Shown here one piece after another: positions 9,944 through 20,192 of a DNA stretch of 49,166 nt. The notes beneath the pieces were generated by a model. It did not search any database. It was not told the DNA's origin and saw only the letters and a program-made list of their open reading frames with translations. Source of the stretch: a virus (lineage: Duplodnaviria; Heunggongvirae; Uroviricota; Caudoviricetes). The position numbers and the translations under genes were made by a program. Position 1 is the stretch's first letter, and every line of letters starts with the position of its first letter. The stretch lies in the IMG/VR virus record IMGVR_UViG_3300018080_000120. One strand, given 5' to 3'.

Positions 9944-10534
9944 TCACTTATTTAATAATTTCTTCAACTTGGACAGATCATCCATGACATTCTTCGGTTT
10001 TTCCTTTTCCTCATCTTTTATTGTTATATGAGGATCCAAGTCATCCTTTTCGTCCGCCGGATCAATAAAAACCTTGTCATTAATCTGAGGTCTATCAGGC
10101 TCAACAACAAGGTTATCAGACATTTTGCTTGTCATATTAGAAAGTTGGATTTTCAACTCTGACATAAAATCAGCATATTTACCAGTTTCATTAAGTTTAA
10201 ATGTAAGTTCTGATATAATCCTATCTTTTTCTATTATCATTCTTTCTAATAAAGAAATTTTTGTAATGGCGGCTTGTAATTCTTTATTCAAATTATTAAA
10301 TTCATCATTATACCTTAAAGACATCTCTCTTTTTGTGGCTTCTACCGCATCATCTATTTTTTGCTTAATCTCATCAAAAGATAAACCAGATTGAGTGGAA
10401 GTATCCTTCTCGGCCTGCCTTTTTAATGACGCTTCATACGCCAATTGCTGTCGTCTTTGTATGTCTCTCGGCCCGCCGCTGCCAAGATGCTTCCTCGGAT
10501 CTTTCTTTATCTCTTTATTATAAGCGATTTTCAA
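9944..10534 (-). CDS. Coiled-coil protein, candidate actin adaptor
   Basis: Long heptad region; C-terminal amphipathic VMDDLSKLKKLLNK. Confidence 0.5.
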   Translation of the reverse strand: MKIAYNKEIKKDPRKHLGSGGPRDIQRRQQLAYEASLKRQAEKDTSTQSGLSFDEIKQKIDDAVEATKREMSLRYNDEFNNLNKELQAAITKISLLERMIIEKDRIISELTFKLNETGKYADFMSELKIQLSNMTSKMSDNLVVEPDRPQINDKVFIDPADEKDDLDPHITIKDEEKEKPKNVMDDLSKLKKLLNK

Positions 10535-10537
10535 ATC

Positions 10538-11122
10538 TTACTTCTCCCTCTTAAATAAAATTTCATCAATAATTCCATATTCTTTAGCTTCTTCAGGACT
10601 CATGAAATAGTCCCTGTCTAAATCTTTTTTCAATTTCTTAATAGAATGTCCTGTAATTTTAGATAGTTCGCCTAGCAAAATTTCATTTCTTACATCAGCT
10701 TCCTTCAATAATATCTTAATGTCTGCAATATTACCATCTGCTCCTGATGACACTTGATGCAACATTATTCTTGCATTCTTAAGAGCACTCCTTTTGCCTT
10801 TGGTGCCGGCTGCAAGAATAAAAGCTGCGGCACTGCATGCTTCACCTATACAAACCGTTCTGATATCAGGTTTTATATAATTCATGGTATCATAAATGGC
10901 CAGGCATGCATGAACATTCCCACCAGGACTATTTATATATATTGTGATATCCTTTTCAGAATCATCAGATTCCAAAAATAAAAGCTGGGCTGTTACTGAA
11001 TTCGCCAGCTCATCCCTAAATGACCTGCCAATAAATATTATCCTATCCTTCAATAACCTCGAATATAAATCGTAAGTCCTTTCTCCATTTCCATGTTCCT
11101 CTATAACATACGGTACTGACAT
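10538..11122 (-). CDS. clpP: ATP-dependent Clp protease proteolytic subunit
   Basis: YDLYSRLLKDRIIF, YINSPGG, ACSAAA (Ser), MLHQ (His), RDYFMSPEEAKEYGIID. Confidence 0.97.
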   Translation of the reverse strand: MSVPYVIEEHGNGERTYDLYSRLLKDRIIFIGRSFRDELANSVTAQLLFLESDDSEKDITIYINSPGGNVHACLAIYDTMNYIKPDIRTVCIGEACSAAAFILAAGTKGKRSALKNARIMLHQVSSGADGNIADIKILLKEADVRNEILLGELSKITGHSIKKLKKDLDRDYFMSPEEAKEYGIIDEILFKREK

Positions 11123-11181
11123 AATTCTAATCCTCCTTAATTCTATCCTTTTCTTTTGAATTATTATTGGTTTACATTTAT

Positions 11182-11210
11182 ATTATAGAATAAAATTTTG
11201 ATTTTGCTAG
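11182..11210 (-). promoter_or_regulatory. Phage promoter copy 2
   Basis: CTAGCA-N17-TATAAT upstream of clpP. Confidence 0.8.
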
Positions 11211-11233
11211 ATAAACCATTGAAATTTTTTTTA

Positions 11234-11962
11234 TTATACTCCAAATATGAAAGTACTATCAATTTTATTTCCAAATTCAAAAGTATCAACGGATTTTGTA
11301 CCAAATCTAAAGCCATTATAAGCTCCTATTGGCGGGGTAAAATTTGATGTCCAACGAGCTATGCCTTTCGAAATACGGAGTTCATCCATATATCCACTAA
11401 AATATCTGTCAGCAGCAGCCTCAGTTAGCAAATGACCAATCTGTAAATCTTGGGCACTATCTGAGATTAATCCAGCATTTGTAGCGCCATCAACCTCATT
11501 ACCACCTAAAAATGCATAAAAATCACTTCCTGATCTGGCTATCGCAAAATGATACCAAATATTTATCTCACAAGCAGTATCAGAAGTTAGAAGAACTTCC
11601 CATGAACCTCCAATATCACAGATGAGTCTAAGATAATTTGAAGAGCTTACATCTACAATCCAACCATCGTCTGCGTCGTCGGCTTGAAGTATAATTGGAT
11701 TGAACTTATCAATCTCGGTTAAATAAATCCAACCATCAATAGTAAAATTGCCAGCACCAAAATTAAAATCAGCGTGGTTATCAGCATAAATATAGTCACC
11801 ATCCCCATCAAATAATGCACTGAATCCACCAAATTTGCTCTGTACATCACTTCTACTGACATCGCCTACCAAATTTATTGTATGATTACTATCTGAGGAA
11901 TCTGTTAGGCCAACATCATCCATGTGTAATAGTAGTTTAGTGTATTCGTCATTTCCAGCCAT
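11234..11962 (-). CDS. LamG/concanavalin-A-like lectin virion protein
   Basis: SKFGGFSALFDG, FTIDGWIY, WYHFAIAR, GYMDELRISKGIARWTSNFTPP. Confidence 0.8.
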   Translation of the reverse strand: MAGNDEYTKLLLHMDDVGLTDSSDSNHTINLVGDVSRSDVQSKFGGFSALFDGDGDYIYADNHADFNFGAGNFTIDGWIYLTEIDKFNPIILQADDADDGWIVDVSSSNYLRLICDIGGSWEVLLTSDTACEINIWYHFAIARSGSDFYAFLGGNEVDGATNAGLISDSAQDLQIGHLLTEAAADRYFSGYMDELRISKGIARWTSNFTPPIGAYNGFRFGTKSVDTFEFGNKIDSTFIFGV

Positions 11963-11979
11963 TTATTTTTCTCCTTATT

Positions 11980-13248
11980 TTATTCTACCCCAAAAACCCA
12001 GGTATCATCATCTTTTTGACCGAATAAAAAAGCTCCCCCTGATTTAGAACCAAAAGCTGTTCCAACACCTACTCCAACAGTTAATGTGTTAGAAGAATAA
12101 GGTGTGGGACTACATTCATTGCCCGTCAGACTAAAATCACTTGGATGGTAAATAGCTATTCTACCAACACTACCATCACCACCACTTCTTACATCGGTAG
12201 GCGGACTTTCAAAACCAACACCTTTGTTACCTTTTAAAGTCTTTATATTGTTAGAACTAGCACTTACAGATCCACAATGTAATAATATAGATCCTCCAGC
12301 ACCACCACCAGCAGCGCTAGATCCAGGATAATCAGTACCATCGCCGCCATTAGATTTGATAAAACTACCACTTCCTACTAAAGTTATTGTAGTAGCATGT
12401 ATAAGAATAATACCACCACCTCTACCGCCTTTGTGATCATGCCAGCCGCCACCACCAGAAGCACCAAAGAATATATCAATTAACTCTTGAGATCCATAAG
12501 ACGAACCTCCTTGAAAATAATGACCGCTTGCTGGCCCACCATTTTCACCAGCAGTAGCATACCCTCCACCACCGCCACCGCCATCCCATGAGTCAGTTCC
12601 AGCAGCGCCACCAGGCGGATTAGTAACACTATAAGGATTACCACCTCCAGGATCAAAACCTATTTTCAATGGACCTGAACCAGTTCCGCCATTATATACA
12701 GTAGAATATCTATATCCTTTCTCTGACATATCAATTCCACCATTATTATTTATGGTCAATATGCCTTTTACATATACGGAAAAAACTCCACCAGATGCTC
12801 CTCCATAGGAATTACCTGTTAAAGTTACACTTGCATTAATAGTTGCATTGTTATATTGCGGAATTCTCTGTATAATTACTCTTTGATGGCCTTCCGTAGT
12901 ACCTATGTCATTATCATCGCTTGCGCCTGACCCATAATATTTAGTTTTACTAGTGGTAAAAGTAATAGTATTGGAATTCACTGAATCAACAACAAATATT
13001 TCATAATTACCTACATTAACATAAGATGACTCATCACCTTGTATATTTATTAGTATTACTTTATCACCAGCGGCAATTCCATTAGGTGTAGCAGTGGTAA
13101 TTACATTATCTGAATTAACAGTGCTACATGAATAAACCACCATATCAGCGTAACTTCTACCATCAGCAACTATATCTGTATTTAAATTTTTATTTGCTGA
13201 AAAAGTTACATCACCATCAGATCCATTACCTCTGTCAAGTTCTACCAT
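11980..13248 (-). CDS. Glycine-rich virion fibre/adhesin protein
   Basis: GxGxDG N-terminus, many GGGGG/GGxGG runs; in fibre cluster. Confidence 0.65.
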   Translation of the reverse strand: MVELDRGNGSDGDVTFSANKNLNTDIVADGRSYADMVVYSCSTVNSDNVITTATPNGIAAGDKVILINIQGDESSYVNVGNYEIFVVDSVNSNTITFTTSKTKYYGSGASDDNDIGTTEGHQRVIIQRIPQYNNATINASVTLTGNSYGGASGGVFSVYVKGILTINNNGGIDMSEKGYRYSTVYNGGTGSGPLKIGFDPGGGNPYSVTNPPGGAAGTDSWDGGGGGGGYATAGENGGPASGHYFQGGSSYGSQELIDIFFGASGGGGWHDHKGGRGGGIILIHATTITLVGSGSFIKSNGGDGTDYPGSSAAGGGAGGSILLHCGSVSASSNNIKTLKGNKGVGFESPPTDVRSGGDGSVGRIAIYHPSDFSLTGNECSPTPYSSNTLTVGVGVGTAFGSKSGGAFLFGQKDDDTWVFGVE

Positions 13249-13270
13249 TTCAATATCTCCTTTTTATTAT

Positions 13271-14035
13271 TTATGTGGTAGTCCAAGATCCATGAGCGCC
13301 AGTTATTACCCATTGAGTAGCAGCAGCCAATTGTATAGTAATTGTTGCATAGGTTTCAGTGGCCTCATCATCATAAATAGTACCACCAGCTGAAGAGTCA
13401 GCTATTATATCACTATCAGCTGCGTCAACTGTTAAGGTTCCACTTGCAGTAGAAGCTTTAACAAATCTAAACCAACCGCCAACATCACCAGCATCTACTG
13501 ATGGTAAATCAAACTCACAATTTCCAGCAGAAGCAGTCATCGTATAAGTCTTCCCAAAATCACCAGTAGTTAAAGTGGTTGTACCTGAGATAGTAACAGC
13601 GGTAGTAGCATATTTATGCACTGCGCCTCCTGACATACCTGCTGCAGTTAAATAACTGACTAACAATATATCATTAGTCTCAGGAGCTACTGAAAACGTA
13701 ATAGTATCTCCAGAAATTGTATAGTCATTGCCACCACCTGGTTCTTGATGTATACCATTTAGATATACTTGTTCGCTATCAGCTGGTGATGGCGTATTGG
13801 CTAATGTGAATGTAACATTAGACCCATTAATATCACCAGTAGGAACCTCATTTATCACTAATGACCCAGCCGCTGTCCATTCAAACTTACTACCATTCCA
13901 CTTTAAAATATAATCAGTTGTGGGAGAATTATAAACATCCAACTTATCTTCAGTGATGGACTCAGCTAAAATATGTACTCCAGAAATAGTAGCGTCCTTA
14001 ATTTGAGCGCCTCTAATTGCTAGATTAAGTGCCAT
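13271..14035 (-). CDS. Virion fibre/decoration protein
   Basis: Shares IRGAQI, E.KLD..N.PT and FTL..P...VYLNG...DYT modules with neighbours. Confidence 0.65.
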   Translation of the reverse strand: MALNLAIRGAQIKDATISGVHILAESITEDKLDVYNSPTTDYILKWNGSKFEWTAAGSLVINEVPTGDINGSNVTFTLANTPSPADSEQVYLNGIHQEPGGGNDYTISGDTITFSVAPETNDILLVSYLTAAGMSGGAVHKYATTAVTISGTTTLTTGDFGKTYTMTASAGNCEFDLPSVDAGDVGGWFRFVKASTASGTLTVDAADSDIIADSSAGGTIYDDEATETYATITIQLAAATQWVITGAHGSWTTT

Positions 14036-14061
14036 TTTTTATTTCTCCTTTTTTCAAATTT

Positions 14062-14664
14062 TTAATAAATCTGACCCATTACTCCGTATCTTTTAGGGGC
14101 AGAACTAAACGAAAATTCTTTATTGAAAGAAAACCATATATCATAATAATTTTCTTCCTCCTCAAATTTCTTTCTGTCTTTTATTAATATTTTATTTGGC
14201 CAATAACACCAGTCTAAAACACATTGAGTATCATCGCTCCTTACATAAAGCACATAAGCATGCCCTCCGCCTTTTACTGCACCAGCTGCTATCCTTACTT
14301 TATAATCTGGTACTCCAGCTATTAAAGATAGAGATTTTATCAAAATTGCGCCGTCTTCACAATCTCCTTTTCCAAGTGTGATAGTATCTTCTGGATTTTG
14401 CCAAAATTCTTTTTGTCCTTTAGTTTCCACATCTCCAGTATATTTGACGTGGTTCATAACAAAGATGAGAATATTATACATAGTTTCGTTATCTTCTTTT
14501 CCCACCAAGTTATGATTCTTTATTACATCTTCTAATATAAAACTTCTATCAAAAATAAAAGTTCTGACATCCCTTAATCTACCATACTGAGCTTTATATA
14601 CAACCCTTTCTTTAGGTTGTCTACTATTCCAATAGTTCGCTCTCTTCTTTTCTTTTGGAGTCAT
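14062..14664 (-). CDS. Transglutaminase-like cysteine protease
   Basis: GDCED (Cys), GHAY (His), LD (Asp) triad. Confidence 0.75.
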   Translation of the reverse strand: MTPKEKKRANYWNSRQPKERVVYKAQYGRLRDVRTFIFDRSFILEDVIKNHNLVGKEDNETMYNILIFVMNHVKYTGDVETKGQKEFWQNPEDTITLGKGDCEDGAILIKSLSLIAGVPDYKVRIAAGAVKGGGHAYVLYVRSDDTQCVLDWCYWPNKILIKDRKKFEEEENYYDIWFSFNKEFSFSSAPKRYGVMGQIY

Positions 14665-14766
14665 TTATTTATACCTCTTTGCTATTTTTAAAGCAAATTC
14701 GGTAATTATAAATACCCCAATACAAAAATTAACTATAATTTATTATTATGTTTCTTTTTTGTAATT

Positions 14767-17043
14767 TTAACTACCTTCCAATAATTCTATTCTTGATATT
14801 AAATCCTCAATAATTATCTGCTGCTCTTGAACGGCTTTTATTAGTGGCATTACTAAAGCTTCTTTAGAAATACCAAGCATTCCACTATCACCAGCAGAAA
14901 CAGCTTCAGAATATACTTCTTGTAACTCTTGTGCTATAAACCCAATCACTTTGGGTCCTTCTGGATTTTTATTCCAGTTAAATTCTCTAACTCTTAATCC
15001 ATTTATAATTTCTATTCCATTTATTTGTGCATCTTCTATATTACATTTCAATCTCTCATCAGAGGTATCAGTAAGTGTAAATGTACCATTAACAGATTTA
15101 ATTTGGCCTGTCTCAGTCCCATTTCCATCTTTTGCTAATATAAAATAAGTAGTGCCAGAACCATCATTAGCGCCAGCCTGAATAGCCAATCCATATCTAT
15201 TTGCATCATCTCCAGCATTATAAATTCTCATAACATAATTAGATGCCCTATTGTTTTCTACATCTAATGGATAACTAGGAGAACCTGTACCAACACCAAC
15301 AAACCCATCACTTCCTTGTAAGAAAAGACCATAAGCACTAACATCACTTTCTACACGAAAATCTATATCAGACCCATCTTCATTAAACACTGTTGAAGTT
15401 GAGTTGAGTTGAAACCTTGGATTTCCAGTTGAATCATTAATATAGAAATTCGCAGATCCACATCCAAGAATTGCATGATAACCACTTGTATATTCTATCT
15501 TGAATTGTGGAGAAGAAGCGTGTTCTATATGCAGCAATGCATCAGTAGATCCAGCGGTATTAATTCCTACATATCCATTTTCATCTATCCTTAATCTATC
15601 AACTAGACCACCACCAGGTGCTGCAGTCTGAATAGTCAATTTTCCATCATCTTTATTTCCAGTATCAGGACCAGCCAATCCATAAATTGCAGCAATAGTG
15701 TTGTTATTCCATTGAAATTGGAGCCCGCCTACTGCATCGTTTTCTGAAGCTCTATTTGTATCAATTCTAATAAGTTCTGACGAATCGCCTGAATTGTATA
15801 ATTCTAACATAGTTCCAGGACTAGCTGTTCCAATACCAACATTTCCAGAGGAATCTATGTGCATTCTTTCATTCCCAGCAGCCATTCCGCCAGTGAAAAA
15901 TCCCATTTCACCACTTGCATGTCTTGCTACTAAGTTCAAACCACCAGATAGATCATCATTGGCATAAACACACATTCCATCTGCTTCAAACGCACCACTT
16001 GATGAATAAGACGAACCAAATACAAGTAAAGCACCTGAACCACCATCTTCAGTAAGATTAAGTTGGGCGTATCCAGTATTAAGACTTGATTGGATAATAA
16101 CCGTCGCAGAAGCAGAATCACCACCATTAACATCTAACAATTGAGATGGATCAGTCGTTCCAATACCTACTTTTCCAGAAGAATCAATAGTCATGGCATA
16201 TGTTCTTGTCATAGCACCATCTGCTCCAGGATTAGTACTATCCACAACAAATTGGTGCTCTCCTGAATATTGCCTATAATAGCTGGCTGTTCCAGCGTTT
16301 ATATGTTTCCACCCACCAGAACTTTCATAACAATTATTTGAAAACAAAGTATATGCACCTGTATTTCCCAAACTTGTATTTGCACCAAGCTGTAAAACAT
16401 CATAGGAAGAATCCCATATAGGTATGGTGGTTGTTCCAATTCCTACATTTTGACTTGCATCAATTGTAACAGCGTTAGTATTACTTGAATTAAACTGAAT
16501 AAGCCCGTCACTATCAAATACAAATTGATCACCACTATCGGCATATTGGATATAAGCTTTTCTTGTGGAATCTTGATAAAAACTCATATATGGATTTCCA
16601 GTAGCACTGGAATCCTGTATCCTCAACAATTCACCAGTCCCATAGGAATGTAGTTGAACGGCTGGAGTAATTCCAGCTCCTATACTTCCAGTAGTGTGAA
16701 AATCTCCTGTTCCAGAAATAGTTTGCGATCCGAAATTCCAAGTACCTGTTAATTGTCTATTTCCATTAGTTAATAGATATTGAGAATGATCATCATCTGT
16801 TAATCCATCAAGAGTCCCATGATCTGTAGTGCTGGAAATTTCCCATTTCATTTTACCCGCAGCATCATTCCAGATCAAAGTATACCCATCAGTTGGACTG
16901 TTATCAATATCCAACTTAGATTCAGGCACAGATCCATCTATCAACTTAGTACTACCAGATATACTAGTATTAGCAATATCTTCCCCAGTTAATGTCAGAT
17001 TTCTTATTTGGGAAGCCCTCACACTGGTATTTCTATCCGACAT
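14767..17043 (-). CDS. Tail fibre with C-terminal intramolecular chaperone (peptidase S74)
   Basis: Repeated IDSSGNVGIGT; SDERLKCNI...GFIAQEL...coiled coil. Confidence 0.85.
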   Translation of the reverse strand: MSDRNTSVRASQIRNLTLTGEDIANTSISGSTKLIDGSVPESKLDIDNSPTDGYTLIWNDAAGKMKWEISSTTDHGTLDGLTDDDHSQYLLTNGNRQLTGTWNFGSQTISGTGDFHTTGSIGAGITPAVQLHSYGTGELLRIQDSSATGNPYMSFYQDSTRKAYIQYADSGDQFVFDSDGLIQFNSSNTNAVTIDASQNVGIGTTTIPIWDSSYDVLQLGANTSLGNTGAYTLFSNNCYESSGGWKHINAGTASYYRQYSGEHQFVVDSTNPGADGAMTRTYAMTIDSSGKVGIGTTDPSQLLDVNGGDSASATVIIQSSLNTGYAQLNLTEDGGSGALLVFGSSYSSSGAFEADGMCVYANDDLSGGLNLVARHASGEMGFFTGGMAAGNERMHIDSSGNVGIGTASPGTMLELYNSGDSSELIRIDTNRASENDAVGGLQFQWNNNTIAAIYGLAGPDTGNKDDGKLTIQTAAPGGGLVDRLRIDENGYVGINTAGSTDALLHIEHASSPQFKIEYTSGYHAILGCGSANFYINDSTGNPRFQLNSTSTVFNEDGSDIDFRVESDVSAYGLFLQGSDGFVGVGTGSPSYPLDVENNRASNYVMRIYNAGDDANRYGLAIQAGANDGSGTTYFILAKDGNGTETGQIKSVNGTFTLTDTSDERLKCNIEDAQINGIEIINGLRVREFNWNKNPEGPKVIGFIAQELQEVYSEAVSAGDSGMLGISKEALVMPLIKAVQEQQIIIEDLISRIELLEGS

Positions 17044-17057
17044 ATATCAACACTCCA

Positions 17058-17543
17058 TTATTTTTTGGTTGTCTTCTTAGACTTCCTTTTAGTAGTAGAC
17101 CTTTTAGCAGGCTTGTTTTTAGTCTTAGTAGTTTTTTTGGTTTTCTTTTCTTCTTTTACATCTTTTTCTTTCTTAGTCACGGAAAATTTATGTGTAGTTT
17201 TAGGAACAGGTTTTTCAACTGGCGGTTTAGGTTCCTCTGTCTTCATTCCATTCAATTCGTCAAGAACCAACACTATACCATCCAGCTTTAATATCTGCTT
17301 ATTAATTTCAGATACCCTATTTTCTGTATCTTTAATTACTTCTTGAAGACGTTTGTTGAGACCATCAATCATATCAAAACCTTTTTGTCTTTCAGCTTTT
17401 GCCCATTCCAATTTATTCTTAATAACATCTCTTAAATACATATCATCATTCCTCCTGGTTTCTTCCATTCTCCTTAAAGTTCTTTCCATTCTTTCTCTTT
17501 TTTCGGGCGGCAATCTATCCACCGCGACTCCTGTTAATCTCAT
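17058..17543 (-). CDS. Coiled-coil protein with Lys/Thr-rich tail
   Basis: Helical N-part; KKTKKTTKTKNKPAKR tail. Confidence 0.6.
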   Translation of the reverse strand: MRLTGVAVDRLPPEKRERMERTLRRMEETRRNDDMYLRDVIKNKLEWAKAERQKGFDMIDGLNKRLQEVIKDTENRVSEINKQILKLDGIVLVLDELNGMKTEEPKPPVEKPVPKTTHKFSVTKKEKDVKEEKKTKKTTKTKNKPAKRSTTKRKSKKTTKK

Positions 17544-17573
17544 ATAATTACTCCTTTAATTTCTATAATGTAA

Positions 17574-17603
17574 TTAAAAGGGCGGAGCAAAAACCCCGCC
17601 CTT
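17574..17603 (-). terminator. Intrinsic terminator
   Basis: Minus strand AAGGGCGGGG-TTTTTG-CTCCGCCCTT then TTAA, just after the 17611 stop. Confidence 0.7.
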
Positions 17604-17610
17604 GTATCAA

Positions 17611-19740
17611 TTATCCTGATTTAACATAATGAATAACTAAAATATCATTAGTTATAGGTGCAACAGTAAAAGTAACACTAGTCCCAGATTGTGTATAATC
17701 TTTACCCCCGCCCTTCTGCTGCATTAGACCATTCAAAAATACCTGTACGGAATTGTCAACAGGAGTATTAGAAAGGGTAAATACAGTAGTAACACCGTTA
17801 CAATTGGCAGATTCATCTTCCATTTGTATATCAGATTCAGAAACTCCCTCGACCGCAACGTCTGTCCACTGCATACCACTTGCTGTTGTATACTGTAAAT
17901 AATAACCATCGGTAGGACCGTTGGCTACATCCAACTTGGCTTCTGTAATACCTTCGTCTTTAACTCTTAGTGTATCGGAATTGGTTTCAATAGTAGAATC
18001 ATCAACATTTACACTCAAGACACCAGCAGCATATGCCAGACCATCACCAGCCACGGCAGGATCCAATATTACATAGTCACCGCTAAGTGCTATACCACTT
18101 GTGGTATTCACTGACAAAGAGGTACTACTACCTAAGGACACCAAACCACCACCGGCCAAACCAGTGCCAGCAGTAACAGTAAGTGAGCTATTAGCCAATT
18201 GAGCATTATCAACTCCACCAGCCTTAATTGTCACATCACCAGCAGTTACATCAAAATCTCCGTCATTAAATGAGGCAACACCAAGACCACTAGTGGTAGC
18301 AGTATCGACTACAAAACCCAGTTTTCCAGTACCATCGGAATAATCTACCGAAATATAGGTTTCAGTACCACCGTCCACCATATCGCCAACTATATCTTGT
18401 ATAACTTCATTACGATTAGTTACCCAATCAGTGTAATCAGATGCAGTCAAATGGTAATATTCATTAGTGGTTCCACCTTGCTTACCAGCTGTATTATTAT
18501 GTGTAATTGTTGAACCAAATTTTACCCAATCTGATCCATTATACACATAAAGAACGTCCTCGTCTTCAACCCATGTAGACATACCTTCATCAGGAGCTGT
18601 TCCAGACCATGTAGCTCCGGTCCATTCATAAACATAATCCTCGGTCCAAGTACCAGAAGTAGTAGGAGCAATGTATCTATTGGTACCTGATGCAGATGCA
18701 TCGCCATATTCAGTAGTAATACTTACTACGCTATCTTGCCAATCAAGACCTTGAACTAAACCATCAACATATCCCTTGGTAGTCAAATGTGAAGTTTCGG
18801 TAGGTAATTGACCAGCCACAGTACCGGTAAATCCTCTGGTTCCGTCTACAAGAATATATTGAGTATGGTCGTCATCATCCTTGCCACTCAAACCACCATG
18901 ATCTATTCCAGAATCCTTAACTTGTAGATCATTACCATTTAATTGAAAATCATCAGTATCATAATTGAATGTAATAGTCTGAGCTGCGTAGGTAAGTGGA
19001 GCACCAGCAACACCAGTAGCATATATGGTATGATCATTATCACCAAGTCCGCTTAACAATCCATGGTCCAAAGCTCCACTAGCGGTTGCATCGTCAACAT
19101 ATTTCTTATCAACGAGATCTGTATCGCTACTAAATGCGGGATGTGAATTATAGTTCTGAATACCTGTAAAGTCCCTGGTACCATCTGCCAGTACATAAAT
19201 AGTATGGTCGTCATCGCCAAGTCCAGAAAGAGTACCATGATCTAATCCACTTGCGGTAGCCTGTAGGGTATCGCCAATAATTTGAATAGTTGTACCATCT
19301 ACATTGACTATCAAATCATCGCCAGAAGTACCAAGACCATCACCAGCATTCACTGATAAAACACCAGCAGCGTAAGCAAGTCCAGTACCAGCAACAGTGG
19401 GGTCTAATATAACATAATCACCATTCAAACTTATACCACTAGCTGTGTTAACACTCAATGTAGCAGACTCGCCAAGAGACAGTTCCTCATCAGTACTAGA
19501 CAAACCTGCACCGGCAGTAACAGTGACAGAACTATTGGCTAATTTGGCATTTGCAATAGACCCTGCCAACATATCATTAGTAATACCACCAGCTTTGACC
19601 TGTAGAGTATCAGTACTTATTTCAATAGATGAATCATCCACATTTACAGTCATAATACCACTGGACATTACTAGACCGCCACCAGCAATAGACTCATTGA
19701 TCTGTGCGCCTCTAATACGAGTATTAGTAGGTGTAGGCAT
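17611..19740 (-). CDS. Long virion fibre protein with internal repeats
   Basis: AG.GL repeats, three DHG.LSG..D.DH..Y repeats, C-terminal VFLNG...DYT domain. Confidence 0.75.
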   Translation of the reverse strand: MPTPTNTRIRGAQINESIAGGGLVMSSGIMTVNVDDSSIEISTDTLQVKAGGITNDMLAGSIANAKLANSSVTVTAGAGLSSTDEELSLGESATLSVNTASGISLNGDYVILDPTVAGTGLAYAAGVLSVNAGDGLGTSGDDLIVNVDGTTIQIIGDTLQATASGLDHGTLSGLGDDDHTIYVLADGTRDFTGIQNYNSHPAFSSDTDLVDKKYVDDATASGALDHGLLSGLGDNDHTIYATGVAGAPLTYAAQTITFNYDTDDFQLNGNDLQVKDSGIDHGGLSGKDDDDHTQYILVDGTRGFTGTVAGQLPTETSHLTTKGYVDGLVQGLDWQDSVVSITTEYGDASASGTNRYIAPTTSGTWTEDYVYEWTGATWSGTAPDEGMSTWVEDEDVLYVYNGSDWVKFGSTITHNNTAGKQGGTTNEYYHLTASDYTDWVTNRNEVIQDIVGDMVDGGTETYISVDYSDGTGKLGFVVDTATTSGLGVASFNDGDFDVTAGDVTIKAGGVDNAQLANSSLTVTAGTGLAGGGLVSLGSSTSLSVNTTSGIALSGDYVILDPAVAGDGLAYAAGVLSVNVDDSTIETNSDTLRVKDEGITEAKLDVANGPTDGYYLQYTTASGMQWTDVAVEGVSESDIQMEDESANCNGVTTVFTLSNTPVDNSVQVFLNGLMQQKGGGKDYTQSGTSVTFTVAPITNDILVIHYVKSG

Positions 19741-20121
19741 TTATTCTTCCTCCTTTTTAAAATTATAAATTATTATTAAATTCATAATTCTCAAAACGAT
19801 TAAATACACTAATGCATATGTCACAAGAGGGATAATGACATGCAAAAAGTATATGATCCTATCTGATTTAACAGATATCACCTTATCCATTCCTAAGAGA
19901 TGCTTTATATCCTTATCCGTGAATAAAAAATAATTATTTTTTTAATTTGAATTCTAAAACAAGAAAAATCCTTGGTTGGATTTCCGGCTTCCGCCAGAAA
20001 TAATTCGGTAAGTCTAAAGACCTGTTCCAAAAGTATTTTAAAAATTTTGAATCAGGCAATTCCCGACGAAGTCGGGGGTTATAAAATATATTCTTATAAA
20101 AGCTATATTCTTATATATAGC

Positions 20122-20185
20122 GGTGATCAATATGATCACTGTACGTAGCTCAATATGATCACTGATGGTGATCAATATGATCACC
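20122..20185. repeat. Three palindromic repeats (G)GTGATCA-ATA-TGATCAC(C), iteron-like
   Basis: Copies at 20122-20140, 20150-20163 (partial) and 20167-20185; five GATC sites; next to AT-rich noncoding DNA. Confidence 0.85.
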
Positions 20186-20192
20186 TTTATTT

